NCBI RefSeq assembly: GCF_009914755.1
Contig: NC_060940.1
Source of the DNA: the human T2T-CHM13v2.0 reference genome, Homo sapiens
DNA length: 64,000 nucleotides
Direction: 5' to 3' (one strand)
Each line of letters begins with the position of its first letter. Position 1 is the first letter of the stretch. The translations under genes and the position numbers were made by a program. The notes beneath the pieces were generated by a model, which worked only from the letters and a program-made list of their open reading frames with translations, did no database searches and was not told the DNA's origin. Positions 48,871-64,000 of this stretch are shown here, piece by piece.

Positions 48871-49638
48871 AACCCCCCCCCCCGGAAAAAAACCCCAAAC
48901 TTTCAGTGAAATCTCCACCACCTCTACCACAATTTCGAAGGAGCTACCCAGGCATGAAGGAGCAGGGATGACAGACGGGGAGAGGGCACCCTGGTCCCCT
49001 GCAACCCAAAGAATGAGCCGCGGCCCAGCCGTGACTGCATCACCCGGGCTGAGAAACGCAGCATCTCAGGCCCCACCCCAGACCTGCTGAATCAAACCTT
49101 CATTTTAACGCCCTCCCCGATTATGCCTGTGTACTGGGTGTGCGGGAAGCCCTGCTCTAGGCAGAAGGACCACCACAGGAGGTCCAGGTCTGCTGGGCTC
49201 TGATCATGTGCCACCCACCCTCTGGGATGACAGCACAGGGCCCAGGGCTGGACTTGTCCTGAGTTTCAGGGGCTCTGTACTGCTGGCCACCTCTGCCAAA
49301 CTGTCCCCATCCACCCTGGGCCACACCCAGGCCTGCCTGCTAGGCCTCTGCTGGTGTCACCGCTGACCTTGATGGTGCCAAGGTCAGACGGGCCCCAGGC
49401 ACTCAGGCTCAGGGCAGATCCAGAGACTCAGTGTGACAGCAGAGAGGCCAGGGGTGAGCTCTCTGTCACTATCCACAGAGCGCTTCCCTGCACCCCAGCC
49501 CCAGTGGGCAGAGCTGGGAAAACTGAGGCCTGAGCCCTCATCACCACACAGCTGGCTCCCTGGACTTTCCCCCCAGGACTAGGCATTCCCAGGGTCTAGT
49601 CAACCCTAGACCAGGGGTTGCAAACTGGTGGCCCTTGA

Positions 49639-50795
<1,157 letters not shown>

Positions 50796-51412
50796 GATCA
50801 CTGCCTGAGCATGCAGCAGGCGGCAAGGCCCCTCACTGTTTTATGTCACCTGTTTTATGAGGCAGGAACTGCTACTCCATATAGGTCAAAAATGTTGACT
50901 GAGCACCTACTACATGTCAGGCCCCGTCTCAAACCTGGGGATACTACCATGCACAAAATAGAAATGCCTGAGCCCGTGACGCTCAGGTGGCAGTGGTGGG
51001 AGGCAGACAGGACAAAGAGAAAGGCATTGTGCTTCCTGCCTGCACCCTCGGCAGAGACAGCTTGAAGCCACCTGAGCTGAGCTGCACCCCAGCCCTGAGC
51101 GCCACGGTCCGCTTGTCTCACGATGCCAGGACATGCCCACCGCCAGCCCAGCTGCCCATGACAGAGGTGGGCTTGCAACCCTTGGGTCCTGATTGATGTT
51201 TACCTGTGTTTGCAGATGGGACCACTCGATGACCATCAGGTTGAGCTGATGCCCCTGGGAACTGGGAGTCCAGGTGCATGTCACCAGGGATGTGGGGGCT
51301 TTTGAAGGAGGGGGACCATGTGAGTATCTCCTGGCAGCGAACTCAGCTCCGGGCCACACCTCAGACGGCCCCTGTGATCAGGCTGTGCCAGCCCCGCTGG
51401 AGGGGCCCACTA

Positions 51413-51529
<117 letters not shown>

Positions 51530-52074
51530 CTACAGAGACCAGTGGGTGGGAAGGGGCTGGCTTCTTCCCTGACCCCAGAGTGAACTGTCGTGGATGCCAA
51601 GATCCCACTTGACCCCGCCACCCTTTGGGGAAGCCACCATGGGCAAATAACCCCAAAGAGAGGTTTGCACAGGGACTTGAGGGCGAAGCCACGGCATCAT
51701 CATCAAATGAAGGTAAACGGAGCTCCCAGCATGCAGGGCCTCCACGCCAGGCACGGTGCTAACTGAACCACAGAGTAACCATGGGAGGAGGTGGCAGATG
51801 AGGAAACTGAGTCACGCAAGTCAGGGAAAGAGGAAGCATCTTGCATGTGGTCACACAGTCAGCGACGGTGCAGCCTGGCTTCAGGCCAGGAGCCCTGCTC
51901 ACTCACATTCCCTCTCCCACCATGGACGGTTTAGCCACCCTCAGGGACAGGCACCGAGGTGGTTTCCTGCTTTTCATTTCTGAGAACAATAAAGAGGACA
52001 GCTGCGGGTGTGAGGCTTCCCCAGGGTAGGGGCCCCAGGGAGGAACTGAGAGACCAGGGCCTCTACCATCTTCA

Positions 52075-52666
<592 letters not shown>

Positions 52667-53323
52667 TCACCCCAGTCCACCGCATTTAGTCAGGATGGGA
52701 ACATGACGGGGGCCTGGCCAGCACACCTGCTCTCTAGAGCATCCCCTGAGCCCCATAGCTCCAGGTCCTACTGCACCCAATACACCAGGTTAAACCATCT
52801 GAAACTGTCCACAGTTCACAGAAATGGCGATTTCATCTGGTCCAACCTCACAGCACAATTGCCACATGCAGCCGGTGATAAGACCCATGTCCCTTAGGAC
52901 TTCCAGCTCCCCGAGGAAAGGACACAAATCTCAGAGGGAAACAGGGGTCTGATTGTGTGTCCTCCCTTCGCTGCTGCACCTGGGGGCCCCTCCAGGCCTG
53001 GAGGTAACTTCTGAGAAGCTCGAGCAGGGGCTGTTGGGATTATTTCATAGCTGCGGTCCCAGAGGGCATCCTTGGGGTCCTGGCTAGGCCAGGTATCCAC
53101 GCTGCACAAGCTGTCCCAGGGAATGGGGGGTGGGAGGCCTGGAGGGCTGATGGCAGCGGCTGTCACCAGCTGATTTGAAGCCTGTCAATACGGTAACAAC
53201 TGGTGCCCTGAAGCTGCATGTTCTGGCTGAATGACGTCCCAGGGAAGGAGACACAGGTGTGCCGGGGAAGCCAGCAGGGGAAAGAAATGAAGCTGGAATG
53301 TGAATTTGGGGGTTGGAGGCTCA

Positions 53324-53800
<477 letters not shown>

Positions 53801-53859
53801 CTAGATTCATGATGTCGCACTTGTAACTCATGTCAGAAATGGCACATTTGTGAAATCCA

Positions 53860-56160
<2,301 letters not shown>

Positions 56161-56212
56161 TCTGATGTCTACAACTCACTCTGAAAAGCGTCAAAAACAG
56201 CATAGATGGATG

Positions 56213-57077
56213 TGTTACAGGAAAGGGGTCCGGATCCAGACCCCAAGACAGGCTTCTTGGATCTCCCACAAGAAAGAATTCAGGGAAAGTCCACGGTGCA
56301 AAGCAAAAGCAAGTTTATTAAGAAAGGAAAGGAATAAAGAATGGCTACTCCAGACAGAGCAGCCCTGAGGGCGGCTGGTTGCCCATTATTATGGTTATTT
56401 CTTGATTATATGCTAAACTAGGGGTGGATTATTCATGCCTCCCCTTTGTGTTTATTTTATTTTTTGAGACTGAGTTTCGCTCTTGTTGCCCAGGCTGGAG
56501 TGCCGTGGCGTAATCTCTCACTGCAACCTCCACCTTCCAGGTTCAAGCGACTCTCCTGCTTGAGCTTCCTGAGTAGCTGGGATTACAGCCATGTGCCACC
56601 ACGCCTGGCTAATTTTTTTGTATTTTCAGTAGAGACGGGGTTGCACCATGTTGGCCAGGCTAGTCTCGAACTCCTGACCTCGGGTGATCCACCTGCTTCA
56701 ACCTCCCAAAGTGTTGAGATTACAGGCGTGAGCCACCGCGGCCGGCCCATCCCTCCCCTTTTTAGACCATATGACGTAACTTCCTGATGTTGCCATGGCA
56801 TTTGTAAATGACCATGGCGCTGGTGGGAATGTAGTAATGAGAACGAACAGAGGACGCTCTCGTCACCATCTTGGTTTTGGTGGCATTCGGCCGGCTTCTT
56901 TACTGAAACCTGTTTTATCAGCAAGGTCTTTATGACCTGTATCTTGTGGCGACCTCCTATCTCTTCCTGTGACTAAGAGTGCCTTAACCTCCTGGGAACG
57001 CAGCCCAGTAGGTCTCAGCCTCATTCTACCCAGCCCCTATTCAAGATGGAGTTGCTCTGGTTTACACACCTCTGACA
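56213..57077 (-). mobile_element. MER41A-type solo LTR (reverse orientation) interrupted by an Alu (56446-56747)
   Basis: Reverse complement of the 46499 LTR; TSD gatg; Alu TSD cat(g/c)cctcccctt. Confidence 0.9.
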
Positions 57078-57355
57078 GATGGAGAGTGGACAGGGGATAA
57101 AGAAAATAACACAAAATGCGAACAATTATAACATTTAGGTGGGGGGCACGTGGGTGTTTGCACACAATTCAACTTTTCTATATGCTTGCAATCTTGCATG
57201 GGAAATGGGAGGGGGAGGGGGAGAAGCCATCTCGTAGGGACTCCCACGGGGCAAATCTAGGAAAATCCGGCACTGAAATAATGATCATGACAGATTACTG
57301 AATAAAATAAGAATCCATGAGTCCCTACTGAGGTTAAGGAAGGAAAGAAGGAGGG

Positions 57356-57697
57356 TGATATGGTTTGGACCTGTGTCCCCAACAACCCTCATGTTGAATT
57401 GTAATCCCCAGCGTCAGGGGTGGGGCCTGGTGGGAGGTGACTGGTTGGCCTGGGAGCGGATTTCTTAAACAGTTTAGTAGCATCCCCTGGTACTGTCCTT
57501 TCCATAGTGAGATCTGGCTGTTTAACGTGTGTAGCAGCTCCCCCCTCTTTCTCTTAATCCTGCTCTGGCCCTGTGACGTGCTGGCAGAGGAGAAGATGCA
57601 CCATACTTCCAGTACAGCTTGCAGAACTATGAGCCAACGTCTTTGTAAATTACCCAGTCTCCGGATGTGAAAGCATTGCAAGGACAGACTAATATAG
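57356..57697 (-). mobile_element. MST/THE1-type MaLR LTR
   Basis: tgatatggtttgg..ctgtgtcccc...taaattacccagtctc. Confidence 0.85.
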
Positions 57698-57753
57698 AAG
57701 GGAAGGGAAGGGCAAAGGGAGTTAGCAGGGAAAGCATTCTGCCCTAAGCAATA

Positions 57754-59980
<2,227 letters not shown>

Positions 59981-60039
59981 TGAACTGATATTGATATTGA
60001 TACTGACAGGTACTCAACCAGGTGTGAAACAGTGTGTTT

Positions 60040-60630
60040 GCACCTATGGCCAGCTCTTCCCATACTCTCCTGCAAGGTGACTTTGCCACTCCTGCATTAA
60101 CACGTGAGATCTATGTCCTCTCCCTTTGAATCAGGACTGGCCTTGTGACCTACGTTTTGGTCAGTAGAATGTGGCAGAAGTGACAATGTAGAACTTTCAA
60201 GATTGGGCCCTAAGATCTGCAACTTTCACCTTCTCACATGAATGCTGCCTCTTGGAACCCAGCCACCTGGTAAGAAGTCTGACCAGCCTGAGACCGCCAT
60301 GATGTGAGGAAGCCCAAGCAGCCACTTGAAAAGAGAGAGGGGGATGCACATGGAAGAGCACCGAGGTGCCAGACATGTAAAGGAAGCCTTCCTGGACTTC
60401 CCAGTCCACCCCCGTCCTCAGCCCATGCACACATCTGGCTGGGAACTGACTCAGCTGAAGGCTGATGTCAGCCAAGAGTCCCAGAGAATGACCCCTGCCA
60501 AAGCCACACAGAACAGAACTGCCTAAGCCTTGTGTAAGTTCCTGACCCACAGAATCGTGAGCAAACAAAATGGTTGTTCTTTAATCTCTATGCTTTGGAG
60601 TAGCTTGTTATGCAGCAACATCTAACCAAC
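60040..60630 (+). mobile_element. MLT1 MaLR LTR
   Basis: ccctttgaatcaggactggccttgtgac...ttcctgacccacagaatcgtgagc. Confidence 0.75.
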
Positions 60631-61270
60631 AGACTCTGACATGCACTGTGCACTTTAGACACATTGTCTGACTCCTTACAAAAGCCCTGTGAGTTTTGAG
60701 AATATTATGAACCCTAATATACAGATGAGGAAACAGGTAGAGAGAGAGTAATATGCCCAAAGCTCAAATAAGCAGTTAGCAGTACCTAAAGCATAGGGTT
60801 GTTTAGAATTAAACGAACTTTGGAATATAAGGTTCCTACTCCAGGGTCATAATGAGTGATTGATAAATGTGAGAAAAGGAACAGCCCCAAGAAGCTTGCT
60901 GTTAAACTTGCTGGAAAATTGGGGCAGGGGACACAGTTCCTATCATCACACAGTGAGTTCCTACATGACACCATTGGAGAGATTTCCCTTGAGCTTCACC
61001 ACCAGGAACAAGATCAGCCATGCATTTCGTGGTGCACAGCTGTGGACTGTGTGTGTGCACTTCCTGAGGGCCACTGCAAATACTACTACTTGTTGGTTTC
61101 TCCCTTTGCATTGGCTGCTAGGAAGCTCAGAGCCAAATCTTCAGCTGAGCTCTAAATAACACAGAGGAACTCATGGCATGAATTTTGTTTACTGAAACTA
61201 CTTTGAGCAGCTTCCCATTTTTCTTTTCCTTTCCCCCTAGCTTCCTCGTGTATCTTTTTAAAATCTAGAA

Positions 61271-61490
61271 CAAGGGTTGGAAAACTACAGCTTGTGGGCC
61301 AAAGCTGGCCCACCACTTGTTTTTATAAATAAAGTTTTATTGGAGCACAATCATGCCCATTATTTATGAATTGTCTACGACACTCTTGTACCGCAATGGC
61401 AGGGTTGAGTAGTTGCAACAGAGACCATATGGCCCACAAAGCTGAAAATATTTCCCATCTGGCCTTTTACTGAGAGTCTGCCAACTCCTG
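61271..61490. mobile_element. MER58A DNA transposon
   Basis: caagggttgg...ccaactcctg terminal inverted repeats; aataaagttttattgg core. Confidence 0.88.
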
Positions 61491-61748
61491 ACCTACAACA
61501 AGGTGCATTTTAATAATTTGCCTCGAATCCTTTTCAGACTGGGGATAAGGATGGGCAGTTGGACAGGTGGATGGACAGACAGCTGTGGTGGCAATGCTGA
61601 AGACAAGGTTATCTAGGACCATGTCCACAGCCCAGGGTCTCCTTAAATCCATGCCAAAGCTGGAACAAACATGGGATTGCAGAGGAAATATTTAGTGGAG
61701 ACCCAATTTGTACCAGAATGTGCAGTACTCAAAATACCAGCATAATAT

Positions 61749-62930
61749 TGTGATGTAATAGGAAATATATATTTGGTCTCTGTCCCTAATCCTTGACACA
61801 GAGCTCCTAATCCCTTGGAACTAGAGAGTCTCTTTTGTTGACAGGAGCATCTTTGGTTCTAATGAGGTGACTCTTGGTGGGTTCCTGGACAGGAACTGGT
61901 CAACAGAAAGATCAAGCCATGATTAGAGGTTGGAACTTTCAGCCCCACATCCCATCCTCTGAGAAGGGGAGAGGGGCTAGAGGTTGAGTTAATAAGCGGT
62001 CATGCCCGCATGATGAAGCCACCATAGAAATCCCTGAACCATGGGGTTCACAGAGAGCTTCTGGGCTGAACACACAGAGGGTGGTGAGCCCAGAGAGGGC
62101 GGGGAAGCCCAGCATCCCTTGCCCTATACCTTGCCCTATGCGTCTCTTCCATCTGGCTGTTCTCAAATCATATCCTCTATAATCAATGAATAAATATATG
62201 TAAAATGTTTCTCTGAGTTCTGTGAGCCATTTTCGCGAATGATCAGACACAAGATGGGAGGAGGTTATGGGGACCTCCAAGTTACAGCCAGTTGGTCAGG
62301 AGGCAGGGGAAGGCTCAGAAGCAGAGGGAGGACAGGAAGGGTCTATAGGAACCTGAGTGAGGGGGAGGATCCCTCCTCCAGGAAGCCCTCCCGAGCCACT
62401 CCAGCTCTGGAGCGCTCACCAAGCACAGTGGGCAGCAGAACCTAGGTTCTTCCACCGTTATGAGAGCATTCATGGTATATAACACAAAGAATTATAATAC
62501 TCTATAAGTAATAATGTATAAAGGGTGGCTCATGCCTGCAGTCCTGGCATGTTGGGAGGCTAAGGCTGGGAAATTGCTTCAGGCCAGGAGTTCAAGACCA
62601 GCCTGAGCAACATAGCAAGACCCCGTTCCTACAAAAAAAGTACAAAAATTATCCAGGTGCGGTGGTGAGCCTGTGATTCCAGCTACTAGAGAGGCTGAGG
62701 GGAATGGTGTCTGAAGTTGGGGGCAGTCTCGCACACTTAACATGTGGGGTCTGATGCTACCTCCAGGTATATAGAGTCAGAACCGAGACCATTTGTAGGA
62801 CACCCAGTTAGTGTCCACCAGAGAACTGCTTGATGGGGAAAAAGAACCCCTGTTCCTGGCCACAGAATTATCCTGTACTGAGCATTAAGAGGAGAGCAGC
62901 AGAAAAGAGTTTGTTTTTTCCGATTACACC
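61749..62930 (+). mobile_element. MER21-type LTR in two pieces with an Alu fragment (62522-62700) between; a similar MER21 3' piece lies at about 10770-10940
   Basis: atatatttggtctctgtccc...cacagagctcctaa and ggtctgatgctacctccaggta motifs. Confidence 0.7.
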
Positions 62931-63249
62931 TGCAGCAAAGATGGTAGCCAGCTACTGAGCATGCTCACCGGCCCTGGCTTGGAATTCAAATGCAGGGCTC
63001 AGTTCACCATTAGGACAACCCTAAGAAGCAGGTGGAGAAACTGAGGCACAGAAGGGCGAGTGGTCCCAGAGGCAGCCGTGGCCGAGTTGGGACTTGAACC
63101 CAAGTGGTCACCCCTGGACCCTAGGCTCCTGAGCACCCCACCATAGTGGACACATGAGTAGGTAAATATATCCTCAGACATGAGACCAGATGGAGACGCA
63201 CATTCCTTGGGATCACTAGTGATTTTTATTTCATTCCTTTTTACATGAT

Positions 63250-63681
63250 TATTATTATTACTATTTTAGAGTCAGGCTCATTTCACTATTGCCCAGGCTG
63301 GGCTGCAATGATGCAATCTTACAGCTCGCTGCAGCCTCCAACTCCCAAGCTCAAGCAATCCTCTCGCCTCAGCCTCCCGAGTAGCTGGGACTACAGGTGC
63401 ATGCCACCACATCTGGCTATTTTTTAAAAATTTTCTGTACAGATGGGGTCTATGTTGTCCAGACTGGTCTTGAATTCCTGAGCTCAAGCAATCCTCCCAC
63501 CTCAGCCTCCTGAGTAGCTGGGACTACAGGTGCACCCCACCACACCTGGCTAATTTTTTTTATTTTTTGGAGAGATGGGGTCTTGCTATATTGTGCAAGC
63601 TGCTCTTGAGCTCCTGAACTCAAGCAATCCTCCTGCCTCAGCCTCCCAAAGCCCTGGGGTATGACTCAAGGTGCCCAGCCC
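63250..63681 (-). mobile_element. AluJ-type element with three monomers
   Basis: Three successive ctcaagcaatcct..cctcagcctcc arms. Confidence 0.8.
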
Positions 63682-63935
63682 TTTATACATTATCCTTTAA
63701 GCCATCTACAACGAACACTCTCATAACAACGCAAAAAAGAAACAAAGGGCCAAAGTGAAGAAGTGAACACCACCCTCTTTTCATGCCCTCAGTGGCACCA
63801 ATGGGGCTGACTTGGGCGTGGTCTCAGGGGAACAGAAGAGGGGCCTCTGAGTGAGGATCTCCCATATCCCAGGACACCAGCCTTTTGGCCTCTGTGGTCT
63901 CCCTGCCTCCTCGCAGGCCACCTGGGGACCATTAC

Positions 63936-64000
63936 CTTGCTGGGGTGATCTTTGCAGACAGCTGCAGCCGAACAGCCCTGGGGGCACTGAGGACAGCCTG
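63936..64000 (-). CDS. LOC400499: First coding exon in window (possibly truncated): (Q)AVLSAPRAVRLQLSAKITPA
   Basis: AAG|gtaatg donor, phase 2 matches next exon (AG|G = Arg); the CAG at the window edge could itself be the acceptor. Confidence 0.8.

Noticed and set aside
49368-49470. Exon-like segment ...LSLSAWGPSDLGTIK|gtcagc
   Set aside because: Weak donor, in-frame TGA just upstream, no good acceptor
51203-51372. Possible extra exon ending ...IEWSHLQTQ|gtaaac
   Set aside because: No pyrimidine-rich acceptor and the peptide does not fit the repeat; left out of the model but not excluded
61493-61659. Possible minus-strand exon (FGMDLRRPWAVDMVLDNLVFS...)
   Set aside because: The only open frame ends in phase 0 or 1 at the available donors, but the next exon needs phase 2; exon 63936 already joins 59503 in frame

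Overview
Primate (almost certainly human) genomic DNA, rich in Alu, L1, LTR and MER repeats. The ORF track mostly shows repeat-derived noise. Behind it is the 3' part of one large spliced gene on the minus strand. By reading splice sites I assembled 31 coding exons from 64000 (probably truncated by the window edge) down to a stop at 1039-1041, with a poly(A) signal at 335-340. All 30 introns are GT..AG (the first exon's acceptor may lie outside the window) and every junction phase matches. The result is 4623 nt, or about 1540 aa, without a stop or frameshift. The protein has about 950 aa of predicted amphipathic beta-strand sequence, much of it built from a cryptic ~60-aa repeat. This is followed by about 250 aa of apolipoprotein-like amphipathic helices, a VWD domain and a C8 domain. 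That is the C-terminal architecture of large lipid transfer proteins of the apolipophorin/ApoLTP/vitellogenin type. I recognise the locus from memory as the uncharacterised gene LOC400499 (16p13.13). It looks like an intact, secreted, essentially unstudied large lipid-transfer protein distinct from APOB and MTTP. Repeat boundaries and subfamily names are estimated by eye.
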